A stretch of DNA of 64,000 nucleotides from assembly GCF_001194135.2 (NCBI RefSeq), contig NC_068981.1:2202665-2266664 (forward strand). The letters are read 5' to 3'. The notes under the pieces were generated by a model. It worked only from the letters and a program-made list of their open reading frames with translations. It had not been told where the DNA came from and did not search any database. The translations under genes were made by a program, and so were the position numbers. Shown piece after piece: positions 39,963 through 52,159 of the stretch (the stretch's first letter is position 1; each line of letters begins with the position of its first letter). Source of the DNA: Octopus bimaculoides (lineage: Eukaryota).

Positions 39963-42305
39963 TGTTGTGCAGGTCTGTGTTTCCAAACTGGAAACACACA
40001 GCTGTTTCCATAGAAACTTACTTGCATAGTTCTCTAGTTCCGACTTTTGGTCAGGAGTTAAAACAGTGCTGATAAAATGATTCTTTGCTTACTACCACTA
40101 ACTTTATTTCCCCTAAACAATGACTGGTATTCCTTAATACCATAGATATTATAATAGCAATCCAGTAAACACTGACCAAAGTGAAACTTTTTGTGTCAAA
40201 CTTTTGCAAAACAAAGTTTTCAGTTCAAGTGAAAAGTAAAAACATTTTTTACCTAATACAACATATAATTTAATCTGTTTACTGTTGTAATTTCAGTTTA
40301 TACATATAAGCCACTTAAAAGCACCCAGTTCACACTGTAAAGTGGTTGGTGTTTGGAAAGGCATCCAGCTGTTAAAACCTTGCCAAAACTGACCTCGTCT
40401 GCGCTTGTGCCACATAAAAAGCACTACTCACTTTGCCTGTGCCACATAAAAAGCACTAAGTCCACTCTGTTGAGTGGTTGGTGTTAGGAAGAGAATCCGG
40501 CTGTAAAAATCCTGCCAAAACAGCCACAGAAGACTGGTGCAGGCTTCTGCCTGGCCAACTCTTGTGAAACCGTCCCACCCATGCCAGCATGGAAGGCAGG
40601 CATTAAACGATGATGATGGTGAACCCTTTAACTAGTTTCAGCTTGAAAGCTGCAGCCATGCTGGGGCACTGCCATTAGCCTTGCTGCATCTTCACTACCT
40701 AAAATCTATTCTAATTAAGTGAAATTTGATGAATGAGGGAGTTTGATGCTGCTGCCCTCATTTGCATTCCCCGACACAAGGTAGGCTCACCTGGAACTCT
40801 TAACAGAAGATCCAGTTTGGGTTTGGAGACACCTACATCCACCCCTGGAAGGTCTCCCAGGCTTATTAGGAGGATATTGGAGCATTGTGGGTCTTTGAAA
40901 CCTCATCTCTTGCAATAAATATCTGGTCCTGTATTTAACTGACCCAAGGCCTTAATTGAGAAAAATTGAAATCTAGTTGATTAAAGTGATCTGATACTTC
41001 ATTTTATTGACCCAAAAGGTTGAAAAGCAAAACAGGCCTTAGTAGGTTTTGAACTCAAAACATGAAAAAAAAACTAACTAAAAATACTACAAAGTGTTTT
41101 CTTCAGAACTACAACAATTCTGTATAAATAAATGAAATCGATATTTATTTTCCTTTTTGCCCAGGATAACCTGATACTTTCTCGTTTCATTTTAACTAGA
41201 AACATCATTCTGCTTAACCTTGACAAAAAGATTTCATTTTCAATGTCCTGTACGGCTCGAACTTCACTGAAATAACTGCTTTTTTCACTTGACTGAAGAT
41301 AGTGATCAGGTTTCAGCATGGTACCAGTTGCAATGGCTAAAACTAAATTATATAAAAGCAATTTTTCTTTTTTTAAGTAGAAAAAAGGAAAATACGTATA
41401 TCATTTTAATGGTTTGTCATCGGTCACTAAGTGTTATAACCTATTTGCTTTTATCTAGAAATCAAAGGAAATGACTACTATTCCCTTCAAGCTTTGTTTT
41501 TGTGACCTGGACGTCAATGTTTCGAAACTGACTTTCCATTACATTTCACACAGATTCGGCACCGAGTTGCTGAAGCAGAAATATCGTTATAGCAAATATT
41601 CTGCCCAATACCACAGATTTGCTTGTCAGTTGCCTGACCTTAACCCCTTGAGCATGTCCCTTGGTGATAGACAATATGTGCATCTATAGTTCTAATAATC
41701 ATCACAAATGAATATTGNNNNNNNNNNGGTGATAGACAATATGTGCATCTATAGTTCTAATAATCATCACAAATGAATATTGGGGGGGGGGGGGCAGAAA
41801 TGTCAGAGTCCTATTTATTCACCTTCTTAATAAATAAAATCAAAGCTTGAAGGAAATATTAGCCATTTCCAAATAGGAAATAACAGTTGCTACCCAAGGA
41901 TAAAATTCATGTTACCCAGTGTAATTTGAAGATATTGATAGTTTCAAGTATTTGGTTATTGCATTATTGTTTTGCAAAGTACAACTTAGGAATAAACTTG
42001 GGCCCAATTTAAAGATATGCAATACAGTATGTCTTCACCACTTTATTCTAACTCTGTAAGGGAGGACATGAGAGGAGAAGGTCTTATTGATTACCTTCAT
42101 TCAAATGTGCAATTACCTTTGTTTAAGGAGTTTTTGTTTAAGGCGCAAGAATGGCTGTGTGGTAAGTAGCTTGCTTCCCAACCACATGGTTCCAGGTTCA
42201 GTCCTACTGCGTGGCACCTTGGGCTAGTGTCTTCTACTATAGCCTCGGGCTGACCAAAGCCTTGTGAGTGGATTTGGTAGACGGAAACTGAAAGAAGCCC
42301 GTCAC

Positions 42306-42356
<51 letters not shown>

Positions 42357-43239
42357 TGTCCACCCCACCATCGCTTGACAACCGATGCTGGTGTGTTTAC
42401 ATCCCTGTAACTTAGCGGTTCAGCAAAAGAGACCAATAGAATAAGTACTAGGCTTACAAAGAATAAGTCCTGGGGTCGATTTACTTGACTAAAGGTGGTG
42501 CTCCAGCATGGCTGCAGTCAAATGACTGAAACAAGTAAAAGAGTAACCCTTTAGCATTTAAACTGACCATATCCAGCCCAAATATTCTGTTTTAGGTTGA
42601 AACTGGCCAGATCTGGTCTCTCACACCTACCCTACAATATCATTCTAAAATTAGAAGCCACATCAGTGAAACCTCAAAGTTACGAGATACTGAATGATTA
42701 CGGTGACATGCATATCCATTTCTGGGACAAAAGGACTTTTAGAAGAACTTAATTTCTTTGCATACTTTCTTAATCAAACCATCATCCCACAGTCAAGAGG
42801 GCTTTAAAGAAATGTGTTGAATATTTTAGAAGGCTCAGAACTGATTAAATACACCAGCATCATCATTTAACACCTGTTTTCCATGCTGGAATAGGTTGGA
42901 TCATTTGACAGGAACTGGCAAACCAGAGAACTGCACCAGGCCCCAATTGTCTGTTTTGGAATGGTTTCTATGGCTGGATACGCTTCCTAACACCAACCAC
43001 TTTACAAAGTGTACTGGTTGCTTTTCACATGGCACCAGCAGGATTGTCAAGTAACTTGCAAGACCAAACTAAGCAATTGAGCAAGACCATAACACTTAAA
43101 CAAAGCTCAAGAAACAAGCTTGTGCTCTTATAGAAACTGTAGCAAAAATCACACATTAACCAAATCAGTAATTTTACAAGCGTGATGTAAAGTAGTAAGT
43201 AATCGGTCTGACAAAGAATTCAAGAAAAAAAAACTTATT

Positions 43240-44110
43240 TGCTATCCCTATGTCAAATAAAAATGTTATTAGTCAACCCGTAAAAGATATGTCCCTAGAC
43301 GCTGAGTCACAAGTGATACCAAGAATTCAAAAAAACATTTTTTCTTTTTTCTTTTTTTTTTTACTATCCAGTTGGATAAGCTAAGAGATGGAAATGGAAA
43401 GCTTGACTTCAAACATTCTTTAAGTCTGTGTATCAGGAGACACAACATGGACTAATTTTTATTTTGTAAACTACTTTGAGAAACAACAAAAAGGCAGAAA
43501 TATTTTTCTTGTGATTTATCATAGACAATGCCCTCTCTATGAGAGGATATTCTGCACTGGCAGAGCAAAAGAAACCTGCTATTGTTTTTACACATTATTC
43601 CCTGCATAGAGAAGTCCTCGTTTCAAAATCATTAAAAAGAATAGTAGATAAGAATGTTAGAATGGCTAATTATATCAAGAGTAGGCTATTAAAATCAAGG
43701 TCATTTTCCTTACTGTTTTCCCATGGAAGCTGCTCACAAACACATCTTCTATTGTATACAGAACTAAGATGGTTATCTTGAAGGAGGGCACTTTCAAGGT
43801 TTTATAAATGGAGTGGAGAACTACTTTACTTTCAAAGTTTGAAAAGGCAGATGGCTGACCTGCTTAGTAAAGAAATGTGGTGCAACAAAGCTGCATTCTG
43901 AGCACACATTTTCAAAACAAAAATGCACTTATTAAGAACATGAAAAAAATAACAAATTTACTAGTACTGAGAAAATTAACCTTTAATGAAAAACTAGCAT
44001 TGTGCAGAATCAGAAGAAGAAAGAAAGTAGAAGTGTTTCAGCAAAGAAAATCTAAACAGGAGAAAAATCTTGTTGAATTCTAGAAAATTAGTCACTGCTG
44101 AGGAAAACTA
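43240..44110 (+). pseudogene. hAT (Charlie/Buster, ZBED5/FAM200-like) transposase fossil
   Basis: Fragmented frames read IPMSN..VKDMS.D.ESQV, IQLDK, FTHYSLHREVLVSK, NYIKSRLLKSR, LLLYTELRWLS, matching hAT motifs (THC..HRE.L, LLLHTEVRWLS); many frameshifts. Confidence 0.8.
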
Positions 44111-44429
44111 TTTGGTGAGAAATCATTTTATGTTAAGCAGGTGTGATTCAGCAGAATTTACTGTTTCAGAGCAGCACTGATTGACAGAGGTAGTTGCTGC
44201 TCCAGCAGAAATATTCGATACTGTACCTCCACTATATCAAGCTTTTGTTTGTTACTTAGTGACCTCATTAGAGTTGGTACCACCAAAAACAAAAAGGGAA
44301 TTAAAAAAAATACAAACAGAAAATCCAGGACACTCTGATTGGCATTACAAAGATTATCCAACCCTAGAAACCATGCCAAAATTAACATTGGTGCATGACA
44401 GTTCTCCAATTCATTGGACCCTATCAAAC

Positions 44430-44740
44430 TGCCCAGCCTATACAGTTCTATATTCAAGAGATGAGGAATTATGTACATTATTTACATTTGACAGATATTT
44501 GTCCTCCTCCTGTTTGTTGTTAACACAACATTTCAGCTGATATACCCTCCAGCCTTCATCAGGTGTCTTGGGGGAAATTTTGAACCTGGGTTCTCATTCC
44601 TAAGGTATTTTTCAATGTTATTATTATTATAAGACACGTGATGAAGGCTGGAGGGTGTATCAGCTGAAACGTTGTGTTAACAAACAAATTGAGGACAAAT
44701 ATCCGTCCAATGTAAATAATGTAAATAATGCCCAGCCTAT
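44430..44740. mobile_element. Fold-back insertion of family E with a 12-bp TSD, inside a family-B SINE tail
   Basis: Inverted E tails flanked by tgcccagcctat (44430-44441, 44729-44740); removing the insert restores a B-type 3' end ending in (GAT)n. Confidence 0.75.
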
Positions 44741-45396
44741 GCCAGCATGGTAGCTAGACAATGATGATGATGATGATGATGATGAAATGATAAACAGTGT
44801 TCATGCCTTTCCCAAAAACATGAGTGAGAGAAGAGGAGAGAAATCACAAACAAGGAACTAAAACTATATTCAGAACACACTTAACCAAATCCTTTAATCC
44901 ACCGTGCTATTCACACGATATAATTAAATATTTCATTTCTAACATGACATACACATGAAGTTGGGGGGGGGGGATAATTAGGACTCTGGCATTTCTGCTT
45001 TTCCCCCAATATTCATTTGTGATGATTATTAGAACTATACAAAGCGAGTTATTTTGTAAAAAAAAACATTTTTAAATACTTGAGTTAGGAGATGAGTGAT
45101 TTTTAAAATGGCAAAAAAAAACCTCCAATAAAAGTGACAAAATGTTAAAATAAAAACAAGACAGTAAAATTAAAAAATAAAGAGAAGCAAAGGACGTGTA
45201 TTATACATACATACACACACACACAATCATTGTTTAACATCCACTTTCCATGCTAGCATGGGTTGGACGATTTGACTGAGAACTATTAATATTAAACAGT
45301 GAAAATGACTACTCAATACCTCATTAGCAGATAAATATTCTTTGTGAACCAGGCTACTAAAATAAATTAGCAACTGATGATAAAGGACGACTTTTA

Positions 45397-45623
45397 TACA
45401 TTATTTACATTTGACGGATATTTGTCCTCATCTTGTTTGTTGTTAACACATTTCAGCTGATATACCCTCCAGCCTACATCAGGTGTCTTGTGGAAATTTC
45501 AAAGCTGGGTTCTCATTCTGAAGGTATTTTTCGATGTTATTATTATCATTATCATTGAGGTCACTGTTTGGAATCAAACTCAGAATCTTGGGGTTAGTAG
45601 CCCACGTTCTTAACCACTACGCC
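45397..45623 (-). mobile_element. SINE family E: tRNA-derived head + (AAT)n + Penelope-like tail with a decayed hammerhead motif
   Basis: Head GGCGTAGTGGTTAAG...GAGTTTGATTCC (A/B boxes), AAT tract, then aagacacCTGATG(T)aggctg...cagctGAAA. The tail recurs at 22.3-22.8 kb and 44.4-44.7 kb. Confidence 0.7.
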
Positions 45624-45671
45624 AGAACTTAACCTGGTTTTCATATGTAAGTGATTAAGGTTACAACACTA

Positions 45672-45800
45672 CCCCTTGGATGGGACACCAGTCCTTTGCA
45701 GGGTTAACTTCCCGTCTATTAATGGAACCCATTTACAGCTGAGTCAACGGGAGCAACGTGAAATGAAGCGTCTTGCTTAAGAACACAGTGCACTACAAGA
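45672..45800 (-). mobile_element. Fragment of a V-SINE-like element
   Basis: Reverse complement contains cctgcaaaggactggtgtcccatccaagggg, resembling the recalled V-domain, plus a CORE-like gtgttcttaagcaagac. Confidence 0.4.
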
Positions 45801-47063
45801 TATAATTGCTAATGTCAACATTTATAGCAGACATTCTTTCAGAAAGAATCATCCGTTTGAAGTGTGGAAGAAATTTTAGTTTTCTTTCTATTTCTTACAA
45901 TGTAACAGAAGAAGCGTTTCGCTGTTACCACTTTGTTATTTCCTCTCCTTTAGTGTGGTGAGTGGGAGGGACTTTAAAATGAAAGTTTACAATAGAAAAT
46001 GTGACTAGTGTTGCTGGCATAAAAACAGAAACATTTATAAATGATGGAAAAGATGCTAACAAAAGGAAGAAGCCATAAATTGATGGCTCCTTGTGCCACA
46101 TATGATGAGAAGAATCATTATTGTAACTTCCACTTTTTCATGCTTGCATGGGTCAGGCGGAGTTTGTTGAGGCAGATCTTTCCACAGCTGGATACTCTTC
46201 CAGTTGCCATCCCTCAACTGCTTCCAAGCAAGGTAATATTCCTCTCCTTGGCCTAACGGGTTTTACACTGAAGACTGGAAACATTGCTTATATGACTTGT
46301 TTACAACCATCACATGATATCTAGACAGGGGTACACACACACACACATTCATGCAAACACGCATACATACATGGGACTGAACCCAAGACCACACGGTTTT
46401 GCTACCCTGTCGCATCACACTTCACACATAAACATCACACAATATACTCTTGCCTTTCATCCTTTCAGGGGTCGATAAATTAAGTACCAGTTTTGTACTG
46501 GGGTCGATCTAATCGACTGGCCCCCTCCCCCAAAATTTCGGGCCTTTTGCCTAGAGTAGAAAAGAATATAGTCTCCACTTTGATAGAGATGACCTTTGTT
46601 ATCAACAGAGGTCAACAGCTCTCTGAACTTTTTCCCAACTGATACTTATTCTGGCTACTACATTTTCAGAACACCCATTCCATTGCTAATTAAAGCCCCT
46701 GGGTAACTATCAAGTACAACTAGGGAGCTGTCCATACATTTGGGAGACTATCTCTCATGCATTCTTGGTGTTTATTACTCCTTTGCACCTGCAGTGTTTG
46801 AAGCTTGTCTTCTGCTACCCTGCCTGTAATCCCATAACATTTCTTTGCAGGGAATAACTACCTACTGTTTTTCTGCATACCAAACATGGTCATTTCCTTG
46901 ATGGTAACAGGGTCTGGTTGCCTTTTCCCCTCTACTAAAACACACACACAAATTATTGGATATGCAAAAGAATTGGTGCATCAAACAAAAGCGCAGTGTT
47001 ATATCATCTCAGTTGCCCCCCCCCCACTCCCTTTACACCCACCCAACTTTAATATTCTGATTG

Positions 47064-47430
47064 AAGATTTTTTGCCAACATAAAATGGCAGTCCTGGTTT
47101 AGGACTAATGTTGCTGTAATTTAGCCCCAGGAGACATCGTCTCCAGCTGGCTATATGACACAATCTGTGTCCTTACATTTTCGAACAAGGGAATCTAGCA
47201 CCCCCACTCAGCTCAAAACAATATCTGTGTATCGCGATTTCTGGGTTATTTCCCTTCATCAGCATAAAATAATTGTTCGGCTAGAAGTGGCGCTGCCAAA
47301 TTCCCTTGTTTGAAAATGTAAGGACACAGATTGTGTTGTATAGCCAGCTGGAGACGATGTCTCCTGGGGCTAAATTACAGCAACATTCGTCCTAAACCAG
47401 GACTGCCATGTTATGTTGGCAAACAATCTT
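47064..47430. mobile_element. Non-coding fold-back element with about 131-bp inverted arms and a 105-bp spacer
   Basis: 47064-47194 is the near-perfect reverse complement of 47300-47430. Confidence 0.85.
47224..47268 (-). ncRNA. Minimal type-I hammerhead motif in the spacer of a fold-back element
   Basis: CUGAUGA 47262-47256, A-ggg(aaauaa)ccc-A, GAAA 47241-47238, perfect palindrome AUCGCGAU, AUA triplet; stem I partly mismatched. Confidence 0.6.
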
Positions 47431-49102
47431 TACTCCAAAGTACTGTTGCTGAATATCTCTCGTTGCGAGATTTAAAAATAGTAATTTTCTCATTTAATAT
47501 TTGTCCTCCTCCAAAGCCAATAAAGTACTATACAAAAGACTAGGATTGACATTACTGACTAAATAAAAAAAACCTTCAAGATGGTGCCCCAGCATGGCAG
47601 TAGCCCAATGAGAGAACCCAGTGAAAGAAGCATTATTTTTAGTTAGTCTCAAGACTGGAAGAGAAAAATAAAATTCTCCAAATTGTAACAAAATATGTAA
47701 ACATTTTGACATGTGCAATACTGTGAGACAAGGATTGGTGAAACACTAAATAGATCAGAAAAAGTTTTTCAGTTAAACAACCTCTGGCCAATGTTTACAA
47801 AAAGACATAAATAACTGCAGCAGGTTACCCAGTAACTAAATACTTTGGAAATAAAGTCAATATTTGTTGATACCATTGCTGTGTTTTGGTATTTTGTTTC
47901 TGTTATTTTTTTTTTAGTAGTGTGTATGTATGTGTGTGCATTTATAGTAACACCATCATCGAGTAACAAACTTCAGAGGAATATCATTTATTGCAATGCT
48001 ACGCAAGATCTGGAACAGACTTCTAAATTACATCATCATCTTTTAACGTCCGCTTTCCATGCTGGCATGGGTTGGACAGTTTGACTGAGAATTGGTGAAC
48101 CAAAAGGCTGCACCAGGTTCAATCTGATCTGGCAAAGTTTCTATAGCTGGGTGCCCTTCCTAATGCCAACCACTCTGAGAGTATAGTGGGTGCTTTTACG
48201 TGCCACTGCTACGAGGACCAGTCAGGCGATTCTGGCAACGACCACACTCAAAATGGTGTTTTTTACATGCTACCTGCACAGGAGCCAGTCTCGAATGTTG
48301 TTTTTCATGTGCCGGTAAGACGACGCTGGCAACAATCACACTCGAATGATGCTTTTTATGTGCCACCGACACAGGACCCAATCCGTAGCCCTGACAACGA
48401 TCACGCTCAGATGTGCTTTTAACATTCCACTGGCACGAGTGCCAATCAGGCGGTACTATCATCAGCCACGTCAGCGATTTTGATTTGATTTCACTTACCT
48501 CAATGGGTCTTCACAAGCAAAGTTCATTGTCCAATGAATGAGGGGTATTCATAAGTGGGGTGGTTACACCCCATGCTTGGATGTGCTCTTAACGTTCCAC
48601 TGGCACGAGTGCCAATGAGGCAGTACTGTCATCGGCCACGTCAGTAATTTTGATTTTGATATAATAAAATAGGGTTGATTTCATTATTTCCAACACATCC
48701 AGCATCACATTTGTGTACCTTAAGGTTAAATACAATGATTAGAGAGGGGGGGGGACATTAGGGATCAGCAAACAATTTTTGACTGAAGAAGTGAGAAAGG
48801 ATCCTTGTCTGTTGTGAGCAGGAGTATAATCTTTGCTGTGAAGGTATGTGGCTTAGAGGTTAAAGTATTCAACTCATGATCCTAAGGTGATGAGTTCGAT
48901 TCCAGGCAGTGCATTGTGTCCTTGAGCAAGTCAATTTATTTCAACCATTAAACTGTGGCAATGCTGGGGCACCACCTTGAAGAATTTTAATTCAATGAAT
49001 CAACTCCCAATACTTATTCTATTAGGGCTGATACTTAGTCTACCGGTCTTTTTTCTTAAGTTACAGGAATGTAAATAACACCACCAGTTATCAAGTGGTG
49101 GT

Positions 49103-49149
<47 letters not shown>

Positions 49150-50081
49150 AGTCTTCTGTCTACCAAATCTGCTCATAAGGCTTTGGTTGGCCTGGGGCTA
49201 TAGAAGGCACTTACCCAAGCTGCCATGTAGTGAGAATGAACCCAGAGGCATGTGGTTAGGAAGCAAACTTCTTACCACACAGCCAAGCCAGTGCCATTCT
49301 TTTAACATAATTTCATTCATGTTATGTGGTGCCTTGGTGGCCAGTTATTGGAAGGGAAGATAATTATTTCTCGATAAATCTTAGAGTGATTAGAAGTTTG
49401 ACTTTTAAATTGAAGACCAAGGAAGACAGTGCCCTGAAAATACATGTTTAATTCTCGACAAGAATCAAATTTTCGTAATGGATCTAAAAGTCTCCAACAT
49501 GTAAAACGATCTTTAAATGCTGGAAGAACAAATGTTGCATGAGAAATTTAGTAACAAGAACTATTGTAAGCAAACAGTTATTGATTGTTAGTGAAGGAAG
49601 GAAAAGTAGGGCCCCCATGACACTTGCACATCATCTCAAGCTGGTGAGTTAAATAAGAGAAGCCTCAGATTAAACACCTTTAGGTCAACATGTAGCAGCA
49701 AAATAAGGTTTGTAAGGGAACTTTAAATAGCTGCAGTTCTAAAACTAGGGGAAATAGTTCAAGGGAGACAGGATCTGATAAAAGGGAGCACACAGATTCA
49801 TGTGTGTGGGGGGGTCTTGGGAAGAGAGTACACCCGGACAGCTACATCATGCAGGGGTGGAAAGGAGCCTGAGAAAAGAGGGCAAACAGCTCAAACATCC
49901 AGATTAGCAAAAAAAAACCATTCAGTAGAAATTAAAAAAATGACCAAGAGAGAAGAGTACATATCAGTGACTTAATGGTTGAAACTTGTTGGAGATGACA
50001 TCATTTGCCTATCACTGAAACAGTCTTCTTTGAGTAGGTCTAGGATGTTAGTGGACATTGCAGCAATACCTACCCACCACC

Positions 50082-50115
<34 letters not shown>

Positions 50116-50117
<2 letters not shown>

Positions 50118-50392
50118 AATAAAATGAGACAACAAAGCCTAGGCTGTGTGGAATTTTCAGGACATTTATAAAGAGAGAGTTAGTCTTACAGCCGTTTCTG
50201 GGATATTAGGGATATCTCTTCATCAGAGACGATATGAGAGAGTTAACTAGAGGGAAATAATTAACTCTCTTATATCGTCTCTGGTGAAGGGATATCCCTA
50301 ATACCCCAGAAACAGCCGTAAGATTAACTTTCTCTTGATAAATTTCCTATAAATTCCACACGACCTTGGTTTTGTTGTCTTGTTTTATTTAA
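50116..50392. mobile_element. Palindromic element with two diverged ~130-bp arms, Penelope pLTR-like, one hammerhead motif per arm
   Basis: 50116-50246 is the approximate reverse complement of 50261-50392, with a 14-bp spacer. Confidence 0.75.
50183..50230 (-). ncRNA. Minimal type-I hammerhead motif in the left arm of a palindromic repeat
   Basis: gucu-CUGAUGA-A-gagaua(7-nt loop)uauccc-A-GAAA-CGGCUG-UA|agac. Stem III ACGGCUGU is self-complementary with G-U pairs. Confidence 0.65.
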
Positions 50393-51243
50393 CGTATACA
50401 CGCTCACACAAAACCTACATTAGACTCCTCACTTGTATTAGTATCGAACCAAGAGTCTAACTACCGTCCTCCCATAGCATTTACATAGCCTTACCTGCCG
50501 TCTCGGGTCTTCTGGATATCAATATCTCACATATATATGAACAATTCACCAGTGTAAATCTATATAATTATCAATAGCATTGCAAGATTGAATGTACTCA
50601 AGTATATAGGTAGTATGTATATAAACTGAGATCAATTGATTGATTTTAATACATATATCATCATTTCAATGTCCACTTTTCATGCTTGCATGGAACAAAT
50701 TGTTGAAGCAGATTTTCTACAACCAGACGCTCTTCCTGTTACCAACCCTTATCTGCTTCTAAACAAGGTAATATTTACCCAGAGCTGGATATATTTTCAT
50801 GGAAGATTGGAAAGAATGACTGTTGGTATGATGCTCATTCATAAATATCGCATGTTGTAGAGACAAGGAATCACAAACATAAACACCCACATGCTGGTGG
50901 CATGGAAAATAATGCACCCAGGACAAAGTGGTTGGTATTAGGAAGGGCATCCAGCTGTAGAAAGCATGTAAGAGTAGGCAATGGAACACAATGCAGTACT
51001 TCGACCTGTCAGATCCTATCAAACTGCCCAGCATGAAACATGGAGGTTAAATAATTATTTATATATACATACACACACACACACACACACACACAGATAC
51101 TTATATTGTGCTGGTGCCATGCAAAAAGCACCCGGTACACTCTGTAAAGTAATTAACACTAGAAAAGGCATCCAACTATAGAAACCTCCTGACAAACCAT
51201 CCAACCCATGCCAGCATGGAAAACAAATGTTAAATGATGTAAT

Positions 51244-51312
<69 letters not shown>

Positions 51313-51609
51313 NNNNNNNNNNNNNNNNNNNNNNNNNNNNNNNNNNNNNNNNNNNNNNNNNNNNNNNNNNNNNNNNNNNNNNNNNNNNNNNNNNNNNNNN
51401 NNNNNNNNNNNNNNNNNNNNNNNNNNNNNNNNNNNNNNNNNNNNNNNNNNNNNNNNNNNNNNNNNNNNNNNNNNNNNNNNNNNNNNNNNNNNNNNNNNNN
51501 NNNNNNNNNNNNNNNNNNNNNNNNNNNNNNNNNNNNNNNNNNNNNNNNNNNNNNNNNNNNNNNNNNNNNNNNNNNNNNNNNNNNNNNNNNNNNNNNNNNN
51601 NNNNNNNNN

Positions 51610-51643
<34 letters not shown>

Positions 51644-52127
51644 AATATCTAAGTGTTTTTAAATATTCTAAGTGCTTGTATTCTGACCGCTAAATTTTTA
51701 TTCCTCTATAGTATATCGTGTGAACTTATAACTCACTATGTTTTATATAATATCAACGTTTTTATATCTTATGTGTATAATTTGTACTTATTTTACTTAT
51801 ATATTTTTAAAATGCCTATGTATTTATAAATGTTTTTAAATATTTTTAGATATTTGCGGGCCTATAAAAATATGTATATGTCTATATGCTTGTATCTTAT
51901 TAATACTTCTATTAAGTTGAGCTTTATGCCGCTTTATTAATGTCGAAGTAAGTGTGCATATATATATTGAATATTCTGCTGGATAATAGATCATGTCCCT
52001 CTAGTTTTCCACTCGTATTGCCTCCACTCAAATTATTAATTTGAACTTAGCTCAGCTTGAGCACTTCGAGTCTAGCCTGTCTACGAGTATTGCTAATAAA
52101 TAACAATATCTATAAAATAACATAATT

Positions 52128-52159
<32 letters not shown>

